Shown here piece by piece: positions 19,054 through 27,670 of a stretch of DNA of 64,000 bases. How positions within the stretch are numbered: the stretch's first letter is position 1; every line of letters starts with the position of its first letter. The notes under the pieces were generated by a model, which was not told the origin of the DNA, did no database searches, and saw nothing but the letters and a program-made list of their open reading frames with translations. Source of the DNA: Candidatus Daviesbacteria bacterium (GTDB lineage Bacteria > Patescibacteriota > Microgenomatia > Daviesbacterales > UBA10151); NCBI GenBank assembly GCA_030699125.1, contig JAUYKM010000012.1:11159-75158 (forward strand), read 5' to 3'. The position numbers and the translations under genes were made by a program.

Positions 19054-20115
19054 CTAAATCTTGCGATAACGACTACTTCTACCCATTCCCACACTCTCGA
19101 TTTTCTTTAACTGAAGTAGTTTAGCAAGTGATTGTCTGACTGTGGCATAAGCAATCTTAGTGGCCGCAGCTATTTGGAGATTGGTAGCTTCATCAACCGC
19201 CTGTATATATTGCCATACTGCAATCTGTTTATTGGATAAAATATCCTCAATTCTCTCTTGGGACATCAAGCTGATAGCTTCTTTAGATTGCGCTAGGATA
19301 ATTTCCAAAAAGAATTCAAGCCAGGGAGTAATATTTCCAGTTCCTTTTTTGAAGGTTTTTTGGCTTTTTCTTAAAGCCAGGTAATATTGCGGCTTCTGAT
19401 CCTCAATCAGTTTCTCATGAGAGACATAAGGCATGTATAGATAACCTGCCTGAAGAAGGAGCAAATTAGTGAGAATTCTAGATAAACGGCCGTTGCCATC
19501 TTTAAAAGGATGGATATTTAAAAACTCCACTAAAAAATTACCGATAATAATTAACGGATGAGATAACTTAGCATCGAGAGCATATTTGGTCCATTCCACC
19601 AATTCCTGCATTTGTTTAGGGGTTAAATAGGCTGGGGTGGTGTCAAAGATCACTCCAATTCTTCTACCTTGCTCATCCACCATTTCAATTTTATTATTAG
19701 TACTTTTATACTTGCCTCTGTGATCCTGATCTTTCTTAACGTACTTTAAAAGCTCCTGATGCAAATGTTTAACGGTATTCTCACTGAATCTAATGTGTTC
19801 CCAAGCATCAAAGATTATTTGGAGGAGTTCAAAATAACCCTGAACCTCTTGTTTTTCTCTATCTGCAAATTTCTGCATGGCAATACCCTGCATTAAATCT
19901 TCTACATCCTCATCCGATAGCCTTGCTCCCTCAATCCTGGTAGAAGCACCGGTAGAGGTAATTAATACTGATCTTTTAAGTCTCCCTAATAGTTGGGGGT
20001 TTAAATTAGTCCCTTGCGTCCAGCGACCTTTTAACTCGTCAATCTGAGCAATTTTAAGAAATACTGCTGGAGGCAGTTGAGCTAACCTACTTTCAAATTT
20101 GCGATTTTTAACCAT
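19054..20115 (-). CDS. Fic-family protein (canonical HPFKDGNGRLSR) with a C-terminal winged-helix.
   Basis: 353 aa. Canonical Fic motif and a C-terminal wHTH-like region. Confidence 0.85.
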   Translation of the reverse strand: MVKNRKFESRLAQLPPAVFLKIAQIDELKGRWTQGTNLNPQLLGRLKRSVLITSTGASTRIEGARLSDEDVEDLMQGIAMQKFADREKQEVQGYFELLQIIFDAWEHIRFSENTVKHLHQELLKYVKKDQDHRGKYKSTNNKIEMVDEQGRRIGVIFDTTPAYLTPKQMQELVEWTKYALDAKLSHPLIIIGNFLVEFLNIHPFKDGNGRLSRILTNLLLLQAGYLYMPYVSHEKLIEDQKPQYYLALRKSQKTFKKGTGNITPWLEFFLEIILAQSKEAISLMSQERIEDILSNKQIAVWQYIQAVDEATNLQIAAATKIAYATVRQSLAKLLQLKKIESVGMGRSSRYRKI

Positions 20116-20139
20116 ATATTAAGGTGATAATTTAACTAT

Positions 20140-20169
20140 AGCAGATTATAGCAGATTATAGCAGATTAA
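20140..20169. repeat. 10-bp tandem repeat TATAGCAGAT x3 between the fic start and the msrA stop.
   Basis: ctatagcagattatagcagattatagcagatt read directly. Confidence 0.5.
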
Positions 20170-20690
20170 GCAAGTCTTGGGTATTTGAGCATTAATTTTT
20201 GGATTTTAGGATCAATAACAATTTTACAATATGGTTGATCTGCGTGGTTTTCATAATAATTTTGATGATAATCTTCTGCCGGATAAAAATTTTGGAAAGG
20301 CTCAATTTTAGTGACAATGGGATCTTGGTAATATTTTGATTGCTCAAGTTTTTTCTTAGATTCTTCTGCAATCCTTTTTTGTTCATCATCATGATAAAAA
20401 ATCACTGATCTATATTGTTCTCCTGTATCTGCCCCCTGTTTATTTAAAGTGGTGGGATCAATCAGATGCCAGTAAACATCCAGCAGTTTTTTGTAAGTTA
20501 TTATTTTGGGGTCAAAAGTAATCTGGATGGCCTCCGCATGGCCGGTAGAACCGCTGGAAACCTGTTCATAACTGGGCTTTTCCATATTGCCACCGGTATA
20601 ACCAGACACCACCTTTTCCACCCCTTTTAATCTTTTAAAAATAGCCTCTGTACACCAAAAACAGCCTCCAGCCAATGTGACAGTTTCCAT
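20166..20690 (-). CDS. msrA: Peptide methionine sulfoxide reductase MsrA.
   Basis: GGCFWCTEAIF and GHAEAIQITFDP motifs. Confidence 0.9.
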   Translation of the reverse strand: METVTLAGGCFWCTEAIFKRLKGVEKVVSGYTGGNMEKPSYEQVSSGSTGHAEAIQITFDPKIITYKKLLDVYWHLIDPTTLNKQGADTGEQYRSVIFYHDDEQKRIAEESKKKLEQSKYYQDPIVTKIEPFQNFYPAEDYHQNYYENHADQPYCKIVIDPKIQKLMLKYPRLA

Positions 20691-20718
20691 AACAGATATA
20701 ATTATATATGATTAGAGT

Positions 20719-22068
20719 ATGGTCCAATATGATGTTTTGGTGGTGGGATCAGGAAGTGGTTTGGATATTGCCTCAGAAGCTCAAGAATTGGGCAAAAAAG
20801 TGGCTCTGGTGGAGGAAGGGCCAATGGGCGGAACCTGCCTTAATCGTGGCTGTATCCCTTCCAAAATGCTCATTCATGCATCAGATGTGGCTGAGGTGAT
20901 CAAAAATTCCCCAAAGTTTGGCATCATAGCCGAAATTAAAAGCATTGATTTTGCCGCAATTGTTAAAAGAGTTACTGATGAGGTGGACTCTGATTCTCAA
21001 AGTATAGAAAAGGCCATTGGTCAGAGTGAGAATCTAACTCTATATAAATTGAGAGGAGAATTTGTAGGTCCTAAACTGATGAGAGTGGGCAAAGAGGAGA
21101 TTACTGCAGAAAAAATCTTTATTGTGGGAGGCACCAGAGCCTCAATCCCTCCCATCCCAGGTTTGGATAAGACTCCATATATCACTTCAAGGCAGGCCTT
21201 ACGGTTGATGATTCAGCCTAGGCACTTGATCATAATAGGTGGAGGTTATATTGGCTGTGAGCTGGCTCATTTTTTTAGTGCTTTGGGAACGAAAGTCACC
21301 ATGATCAGTCATGGGGATAAGCTTTTGGAAAATGAAGATTGGGAGATTTCGGATTGGTTTACCAGAGAATTTAGCAAAAAAGTGCAAGTAATCTTTAAAG
21401 GCGATACTGAACAAGTTTCTTATGCAAATGGTCAATTCCAACTGAAGCTAAAAGATCAAGCTGATTTACTGATTGGTGATCAGCTTTTGGTGGCAACAGG
21501 CAGAAAACCTAATAGCGATCTTTTAAAAGTATCTTCCCTGGGGCTCGCTTTGGATGAAAAAGACTATATTAAGGTTAATGAATATCTGGAAACAAATGTA
21601 GAAGGAGTATGGGCCCTGGGAGATATTGTGGGAGTGTCTCCTTTTAAGCACTCTGCCAATTATCAGGCAGAATTAGTTATCCAAAATGTTTTCTATAATA
21701 AAAAACTGGCTGCTGATTATTCAGCTATCGGTCATGCGGTTTTTTCCTCACCTCAAATTGGGGGAGTGGGTAAAACTGAACAGCAGTTGAAAAAAGAGAA
21801 TGTTCCCTATAAAGTGGGCAGAGCTGAGTTGAAAAATACCGGCATGGGAGCGGCCTTACAGGAGAATGGTTTGGTTAAAGTTTTAGCTGACGGGAGTGGA
21901 GAAAACATTTTAGGCTGTCATATTGTGGGTCCGGATGCCTCTACCCTGATTCATGAGGCCGCAATTGCCATGAAAGCATCCGGTAAAGTCTCAGCCATTA
22001 CCGAAACTGTTTTTGTTCATCCGGCTTTATCAGAAGTTTTACAAAGAGCTTTTTTGGCCATTGGTTGA
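20719..22068 (+). CDS. Class I FAD-dependent pyridine nucleotide-disulfide oxidoreductase (dihydrolipoyl dehydrogenase-like).
   Basis: GSGSG FAD fold. Redox-active GGTCLNRGCIPSK. C-terminal dimerisation domain. Confidence 0.75.
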   Translation: MVQYDVLVVGSGSGLDIASEAQELGKKVALVEEGPMGGTCLNRGCIPSKMLIHASDVAEVIKNSPKFGIIAEIKSIDFAAIVKRVTDEVDSDSQSIEKAIGQSENLTLYKLRGEFVGPKLMRVGKEEITAEKIFIVGGTRASIPPIPGLDKTPYITSRQALRLMIQPRHLIIIGGGYIGCELAHFFSALGTKVTMISHGDKLLENEDWEISDWFTREFSKKVQVIFKGDTEQVSYANGQFQLKLKDQADLLIGDQLLVATGRKPNSDLLKVSSLGLALDEKDYIKVNEYLETNVEGVWALGDIVGVSPFKHSANYQAELVIQNVFYNKKLAADYSAIGHAVFSSPQIGGVGKTEQQLKKENVPYKVGRAELKNTGMGAALQENGLVKVLADGSGENILGCHIVGPDASTLIHEAAIAMKASGKVSAITETVFVHPALSEVLQRAFLAIG

Positions 22069-22083
22069 TGATATAATTCCCAT

Positions 22084-22548
22084 ATGATTTTGTCTCCTGA
22101 GCAGATTTCCAACCTAATTAAGACATTAAAAGGAAAAAAAATTGTCTTGGTAGGTGGATGTTTTGATGTTATTCATCCCGGACATATTATTTTTTTGGAA
22201 AAAGCCAAAGAGCAAGGAGATGTACTAGTAGTACTTTTAGAATCAGATGAGGCTGTCAGAAAAATCAAGGGTATAAAAAGACCTTATCATAATCAAAATG
22301 ACAGAGCTCAGGTTTTATCTTCTCTTAAATCTGTAGATTATGTGGTGATGCTACCTCTTTTTAAGAGTGATTCATCCTATGAAGAGCTTATAAAGAAAAT
22401 TAAACCAGATATGATCTGTGCAACCAGTGGATATGGTGATACCGCACACCATGAGAGGATCGCCAAGAAAATAGATGCCAAAATAAAATTTGTCACCAGA
22501 AAAATTGGCAATCATTCAACAAGCAGAATTCTTACTTACAGAGGTTAA
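22084..22548 (+). CDS. Cytidylyl/adenylyltransferase-like nucleotidyltransferase (HxGH class).
   Basis: GGCFDVIHPGHIIFL motif. 154 aa. Confidence 0.6.
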   Translation: MILSPEQISNLIKTLKGKKIVLVGGCFDVIHPGHIIFLEKAKEQGDVLVVLLESDEAVRKIKGIKRPYHNQNDRAQVLSSLKSVDYVVMLPLFKSDSSYEELIKKIKPDMICATSGYGDTAHHERIAKKIDAKIKFVTRKIGNHSTSRILTYRG

Positions 22549-23792
22549 AGCAAATCCAAAACCAGGGTGGACCAGCCAAAGTTTTCTCTTCTGTAACCTT
22601 TACCTGTTTCCGGATTATAGTATTCCCTAAAGCCTTCTTTTTCCACCATCTGAGTCGTTTTATCGACAATTTGATCGGCGATGTCAAAAAAGCCATGTTT
22701 TCTTAGACCCTTGACAATAAACCAGTTGGTATTGATCCAGGTGGGACCCCGCCACAAAAGCTTTATTTTATAAAAAGGAGTATCACCCGGCTCATAATAT
22801 TTTTCATCTTTGGCAACAGAAGGGATAGGATAAGGAGTCCAAAACTCGTCAGGACTAAGAAGATGCTTATTGATTAGGGATGTCAGTTTTTCTTTGCCAA
22901 TGCCCTGTAAAAAAATCGGCATTAAAGAGGCTATAGTTTTAACTTTAGCCATCTTTTCTGATTTGGAATAGAGCGAATAAAAAATCTGATCTTTACTATC
23001 CCAACATTTTTTAAGCAGCGACCTTTCGCACTTATCTGCCGCTTCTTTCCAGAACTCAGCCTCCTCATTTTGGCCGATCTGAGTGAGTAATCTGGATAAA
23101 GATCTGGAAGATTCAGCAAAAACGCAGTTAAAGGTTAGATCCTCCACATTAAAGTAATCCTTGTCTAAAATTTTTTTACTATTAAAGCCATACCTATGAT
23201 TTAAGAAATCACTTTTGCGGTAATAATAGTGCAGTCTGGTTGGATCCTCACCCAAAAAACCAAAAACACTCTGGAAAGACGGCAACTCATCCATACCTGA
23301 CTCATTGGGCGAGATAATGGAGATTAAAAAATCCTGATCCGGATCCCGGTTTTCCAAAAGCCAGCGGTGGTATTTAACTAATTTAGGCAACACTTCAAGT
23401 AGAAAAGATTGATCAGGATCGCGCTCATAGATGGCCTCAACTGCCAAAGCCAAAGCAGGCGGCTGAGTCAGGGCAGTGGTTTTGGGCCGGATAGATAATT
23501 TACTTTCAATATAGGCCCAATGAGGCAGATTAAAGCCATCCTCCCAAAATATAATGTGAGGTAAAAAGCCATCCTCCCATTGGCCCAATAGAAAATTTTT
23601 GATCTCTTTTTTGGCCCAGTCAGTATCAAAATGAGATAGGACAATGGCATGAAAAGCAGTATCCCACAGCCACTGGTAAACGTATTCTTTATTAGATGGG
23701 GAAATAAACTGATAATCGGTCTTTTTCCATTTGGAATAACCTGTCTTAAGATTAGATTTAAATAATTTCTTTATTTGATCAGTTATCGGCAT
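22545..23792 (-). CDS. (alpha/alpha)6-barrel glycoside hydrolase (GH63/GH37/amylo-alpha-1,6-glucosidase-like).
   Basis: WDTAF, YNPETG and FGWS motifs typical of six-hairpin glucosidases/trehalases. Confidence 0.6.
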   Translation of the reverse strand: MPITDQIKKLFKSNLKTGYSKWKKTDYQFISPSNKEYVYQWLWDTAFHAIVLSHFDTDWAKKEIKNFLLGQWEDGFLPHIIFWEDGFNLPHWAYIESKLSIRPKTTALTQPPALALAVEAIYERDPDQSFLLEVLPKLVKYHRWLLENRDPDQDFLISIISPNESGMDELPSFQSVFGFLGEDPTRLHYYYRKSDFLNHRYGFNSKKILDKDYFNVEDLTFNCVFAESSRSLSRLLTQIGQNEEAEFWKEAADKCERSLLKKCWDSKDQIFYSLYSKSEKMAKVKTIASLMPIFLQGIGKEKLTSLINKHLLSPDEFWTPYPIPSVAKDEKYYEPGDTPFYKIKLLWRGPTWINTNWFIVKGLRKHGFFDIADQIVDKTTQMVEKEGFREYYNPETGKGYRRENFGWSTLVLDLL

Positions 23793-23839
23793 AAGTTATA
23801 TTATATGAACATATTAATTTTGGATTACAATAGGATATT

Positions 23840-24514
23840 GTGAAGAAATCATTGCTTTTACTCTCTATTATCACCATTTCCATCTTTACTCTTTTTTCCT
23901 ATACAGTGGCCAAGGAAAGATGGCAAAATACGGACTTTGACTTTATGGTTAAACTGCAGGATCATATTCCCCCCAGATTTGATGATAGGTTTTCCATTTT
24001 AAGTTTATTGGGAAGCGTGGAGGTGACTTTCGGGATAGCCTTGATGATGATTATTTTAGCTTTATTAAGACTTAAGTGGATGGGGATTTTAGGCTGGCTG
24101 ATGATTATTCCTGCCACATCAGCCGAAGTATTTGGTAAGTTAGTGCTTTATCACCCTGGGCCGCCAATATTTTTTCACCGAACTAATGTTTTTACTCATC
24201 TGCCTTCTTTTTATGTTCATACTGAATTTTCTTATCCTTCCGGGCATATGACCAGGTCTGTTTTTATAGTGACAGTTTTTTTAGCTCTAATAGTTTATTC
24301 CAGATTAAATTTTCCAGCAAAATTTTTTAGTAGCGTTATTTTAGTAGGATTGATTTTCTTAATGGGATTATCCAGGATCTCTTTGGGAGAACACTGGTTA
24401 TCTGATGTGATTGGAGGTACTATCTTAGGGATGGGATTTGGTTTTTTTGCTGCTGTCTTGATCCTCTTAAGGGTCAATACTGAGCGAAGTCGAAGTATTG
24501 CTTTTAGCAAATAA
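23840..24514 (+). CDS. PAP2-family phosphatase.
   Basis: KxxxxxxxP, PSGH and SRxxxxxHxxxD motifs (KLVLYHPGPP, PSGH, SRISLGEHWLSD). Confidence 0.75.
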   Translation: MKKSLLLLSIITISIFTLFSYTVAKERWQNTDFDFMVKLQDHIPPRFDDRFSILSLLGSVEVTFGIALMMIILALLRLKWMGILGWLMIIPATSAEVFGKLVLYHPGPPIFFHRTNVFTHLPSFYVHTEFSYPSGHMTRSVFIVTVFLALIVYSRLNFPAKFFSSVILVGLIFLMGLSRISLGEHWLSDVIGGTILGMGFGFFAAVLILLRVNTERSRSIAFSK

Positions 24515-24562
24515 AAAAGGATAAAATGGCCCCAGATGCCCGCTGGGAGGTGAGCTTAATTT

Positions 24563-24808
24563 TTGAATAGAAATATCACTATAGTGATCATTATTTTAAT
24601 ATTGGTGGTGATTGCCGGGTATCTGGTTTGGCTAAGAAGCAGATATATGCAGCCTGTTTCCCCTGAACCGGTGGAAGTAAAGCAGGAGGTTGTTTCAACA
24701 CCTGTGGCCAGCCCGACAGATGAATCTTCACCTTCAGCAGAGGAAGAGGAAGCAACAGAAGAGGCAGAAGAAACTGCCACTCCCACCTCATCATCAGTTG
24801 AGGAATAG
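24563..24808 (+). CDS. Small membrane-anchored protein with an acidic Ser/Glu-rich tail.
   Basis: TM segment then low complexity. The antisense ORFs are equally open; strand choice is tentative. Confidence 0.35.
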   Translation: MNRNITIVIIILILVVIAGYLVWLRSRYMQPVSPEPVEVKQEVVSTPVASPTDESSPSAEEEEATEEAEETATPTSSSVEE

Positions 24809-24885
24809 GTATTGATGGTAAGCAAATTAGAATGTAAAAAAACTGCCTTGTTCAGCTACTATATTAGCTGATATACTTTTATGAT

Positions 24886-25818
24886 ATGGATAATTCCCCT
24901 GTTGAGAAATTGATTATTGTGGGTTCTGGGCCGGCTGGCTTAACAGCGGCCATTTATGCTGCCAGAGGAAACTTAAAACCTGTGGTTGTCTCCGGCAGGG
25001 AGATGGGCGGGCAATTGATGTTAACCACAGATGTGGATGATTTTCCCGGCTTTGATAGTGGCATACAGGGACCGGAGCTGATGGAAAGAATGAGGAAACA
25101 GGCCGAGAGGTTTGAAGTGAGATTTATTGATGAAAATGTTCAATCCGTTGATTTTTCCAAGAAGCCATTTGTGATTCAGTCTGAGAGCCGACGGCTGACG
25201 ACTGAAAGCTTAATTATCGCCACCGGTGCCTCAGCTATATGGTTGGGGCTAGAATCTGAGAAAAAGTTCATGGGTAGAGGAGTGTCATCTTGTGCTGTTT
25301 GTGACGGGTTTTTCTTCAAAGATAAAAATATCATTGTGGTAGGAGGAGGGGATACTGCCATGAGAGAAGCTCAGTATCTATCGAAGCTTTGCAAGAGCGT
25401 CACGGTAGTTCATAGGAGAGATACTTTCAGGGCCCAGTCGGCCCTGGTGGAATTAGTTAAATCAAAACCCAACGTCAAATTTATGTGGAATGCCACAATA
25501 GAAGAATTTATGGGACAAGACAAACTGGAAAAAGTGAGGTTAAAAAATACTCAGGATGGAAAGGTCACAGAAATGTCTATAGATGGAGTTTTTGTGGCAA
25601 TAGGACATAAACCTAACACAGATTTTTTAAAAGATCAGCTGGAACTGGACCAAAAAGGATATATAGCACTACACGATGAAACCAAGACTTCAGTAGAAGG
25701 GGTATTTGTGGCAGGTGATGTGGCAGATTATCATTACAGACAAGCTGTCACCGCAGCTGGGATGGGCTGCAAAGCCACCTTTGATGCAGAAGAATATTTG
25801 GAAAATTTGATCCCTTGA
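24886..25818 (+). CDS. trxB: Thioredoxin reductase.
   Basis: GSGPAG, redox-active CAVCDG, GGGDTA. Confidence 0.9.
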   Translation: MDNSPVEKLIIVGSGPAGLTAAIYAARGNLKPVVVSGREMGGQLMLTTDVDDFPGFDSGIQGPELMERMRKQAERFEVRFIDENVQSVDFSKKPFVIQSESRRLTTESLIIATGASAIWLGLESEKKFMGRGVSSCAVCDGFFFKDKNIIVVGGGDTAMREAQYLSKLCKSVTVVHRRDTFRAQSALVELVKSKPNVKFMWNATIEEFMGQDKLEKVRLKNTQDGKVTEMSIDGVFVAIGHKPNTDFLKDQLELDQKGYIALHDETKTSVEGVFVAGDVADYHYRQAVTAAGMGCKATFDAEEYLENLIP

Positions 25819-25845
25819 CTTAGGTATATATAAAGTATATACTTT

Positions 25846-26163
25846 GTGTATATGCAGACAGCAGTAGTTAACATTAAAGTTGAGCCTATAATTAAAAAGA
25901 AAGCCCAGAAAGTGGTTGAAGAATTAGGTTTATCTCTTAGCGGAGTAATTAACGGTTACCTTCACCATCTGGTTAGAACTAAAGCTGTCCATTTTAGTCT
26001 TTCTGAAGAGCCTTCCGAGTACATGATGCAGTCTTTAAAAGAAGCAGAAGATGATATTAAAGCCGGTAGAGTTTCTCCCCCCTTTGATAATGCCAAGGAT
26101 GCTATAGCTTGGCTGCGTAATCCTAAAGCCAAGTATGCAAACAAAATTCGCCAAAAAGTTTAA
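25846..26163 (+). CDS. RelB/DinJ-family antitoxin.
   Basis: VNIKVEPIIKKKAQKVVEELGLSLSGVINGYLHHLV pattern. The real start is possibly Met 25852. Confidence 0.7.
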   Translation: MYMQTAVVNIKVEPIIKKKAQKVVEELGLSLSGVINGYLHHLVRTKAVHFSLSEEPSEYMMQSLKEAEDDIKAGRVSPPFDNAKDAIAWLRNPKAKYANKIRQKV

Positions 26164-26404
26164 AAAGCAATACGAAAAAGCTGATGCTAAAATAAAGTCA
26201 GCATTCGATAAGAAACTTGAATTATTTCTACAAGATCCATTCCATCCGTTATTAAATAATCATTCATTAACTGGTAAATATTTAGAGAAACGTAGTATCA
26301 ATATAACAGGTGATTGGCGCGCAATTTTTAGTGAAGCTGAGACTGAAGAAGAAAAAGTAATAAACTTTGAACTTTTAGATATTCACAGCAATCTGTATAA
26401 ATAA
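26135..26404 (+). CDS. YafQ/RelE-family toxin (mRNA interferase).
   Basis: Overlaps the antitoxin 3' end. KKFKKQYEK...HSLTGKYLEKRSINITGDWRAIF matches the RelE/YafQ pattern. Confidence 0.7.
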   Translation: MQTKFAKKFKKQYEKADAKIKSAFDKKLELFLQDPFHPLLNNHSLTGKYLEKRSINITGDWRAIFSEAETEEEKVINFELLDIHSNLYK

Positions 26405-26534
26405 ATTATTGGCTAAGGAAGAAAATGAGGAGAATATATTTTCCTCTATACAAATAGGGATTACTTCTTAGATACCAAAGGCGGACGAGGCGAGCAGAAG
26501 AATATTTGGAAATTTTAAAATAAGTGGTATTATA

Positions 26535-26987
26535 TTGTGTATGAGGTTGATAAACTTCTTAATTAAACTTTTTCCTACTAAACCAATTTATGCTCATTGT
26601 GATATTCCTTGCGGGATTTATGATCCACACACAGCTCAGCTTGCTGCTAAAACTGTTTTAACCATGGTTCAAAAGTTAAAAGATATTAAAGCTGAACCAG
26701 GATCACCAGAGGAACTGCAAGCAAGAAATAACTTTGTCAGGATGGTGAAAGTGAAAGAAGAACATGCGGAAATTTGTAAAAGAGAAGTTTTAATTCTTTG
26801 GACAGATTATTTTAAGAGCGAGCATCTGGAAAAATTTCCTGATCTTCATGATCTGATTTGGAAGGCAGCCAAATTATGTTCTGAGAACAAAAGGGCAGTA
26901 GATGAGGTAAAAGCACAGGAACTAGTAGCAGCAGTTGATAAGATTGCGGAGATATTTACTCAGACAAAAGTAACAAGTAACAAGTAA
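26535..26987 (+). CDS. sodN: Nickel superoxide dismutase precursor (SodN).
   Basis: Leader followed by the Ni-hook AHCDIPCGIYDP. Alignable to Streptomyces NiSOD over the whole length. Confidence 0.85.
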   Translation: MCMRLINFLIKLFPTKPIYAHCDIPCGIYDPHTAQLAAKTVLTMVQKLKDIKAEPGSPEELQARNNFVRMVKVKEEHAEICKREVLILWTDYFKSEHLEKFPDLHDLIWKAAKLCSENKRAVDEVKAQELVAAVDKIAEIFTQTKVTSNK

Positions 26988-27032
26988 CAAGTTATATTTC
27001 TTGTGCCTTGTTATCTTTACTGTACTTGTTAC
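26961..27032. repeat. GTAACAAGT x3 direct-repeat array plus a conserved 33-nt leader CTTGTGCCTTGTTATCTTTACTGTACTTGTTAC, immediately 5' of the sodX ATG.
   Basis: An almost identical element lies at 40567-40641. The leader contains ACTTGTTAC, the reverse complement of the repeat unit. Confidence 0.5.
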
Positions 27033-27033
27033 T

Positions 27034-27333
27034 ATGAAGATCTTTCCATTTTCCAGATTTACAGTGTATGGGAATTCCATGCTGCCTACTCTAAAAGAAG
27101 GCCAGGATGTTTTAGTTTGGTGTTGGTTTTATACTCCAAGAGTGGGGGATATTGTAATAGTGCAAAGTGCAAAGGGAAAAGTGCAAAGGGAAATAATAAA
27201 AAGAATTGTAAAAATAGATAGACAAAGATTTTACATAGAAGGGGATAACAAAGATGAGAGTACTGATTCCAGAGAATTTGGTCCAATTAAAAAAGAGCAA
27301 ATAATAGGAAAAGTAATTTATATAGTGAGGTAA
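27034..27333 (+). CDS. sodX: S26/signal-peptidase-like NiSOD maturation protease (SodX).
   Basis: GNSMLPTL (Ser nucleophile) and KRIV (Lys). The track starts it at 27001; the ATG at 27034 follows the conserved leader. Confidence 0.7.
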   Translation: MKIFPFSRFTVYGNSMLPTLKEGQDVLVWCWFYTPRVGDIVIVQSAKGKVQREIIKRIVKIDRQRFYIEGDNKDESTDSREFGPIKKEQIIGKVIYIVR

Positions 27334-27355
27334 GATGTGAGATAATATAGCAGTT

Positions 27356-27667
27356 ATGGACGATACTGCCCAGGATAAAATAATCCAATTTAGCGACCAG
27401 CATGATGCTGATCTTCACAAAAGGGTCCATCAAAATCTTCAGCAAGCTGGACATCCTGTTTCTAAGGCGGATATTAAGCCAGATGAGCATTCTGCCTTAG
27501 AAAATCTTAGAGAAGGCTTGGAAGATCAGGCAGATGTAGTGGGAGCAGCAGTAGAGGAAGTAGGAGACAAACTGGGTGGAGAAAATGTCACCTATATTGA
27601 ACAAAGGCCGTCCAAAGATTGGAAAACACGTTTAAAGGAGAGAATAAAAGGAAAGAAGGCAGCATAA
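27356..27667 (+). CDS. Hypothetical protein, 103 aa.
   Basis: ORF only. Confidence 0.45.
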   Translation: MDDTAQDKIIQFSDQHDADLHKRVHQNLQQAGHPVSKADIKPDEHSALENLREGLEDQADVVGAAVEEVGDKLGGENVTYIEQRPSKDWKTRLKERIKGKKAA

Positions 27668-27670
27668 GAG

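Noticed and set aside
20140-20169. CRISPR array
   Set aside because: Only three 10-bp contiguous repeats with no spacers. No other repeat-spacer architecture was seen anywhere in the window.
24556-24825. Minus-strand ORFs antisense to 24563..24808
   Set aside because: Both strands are open across a Ser/Glu-rich low-complexity tract. The plus strand was kept because it has a plausible TM anchor and start context, but confidence is low.
27003-27490. Overlapping ORFs 27003..27221 (+), 27086..27300 (-) and 27287..27490 (-) around sodX
   Set aside because: Low-complexity or frame-shifted relative to the sodX frame, which carries the S26 Ser/Lys motifs.
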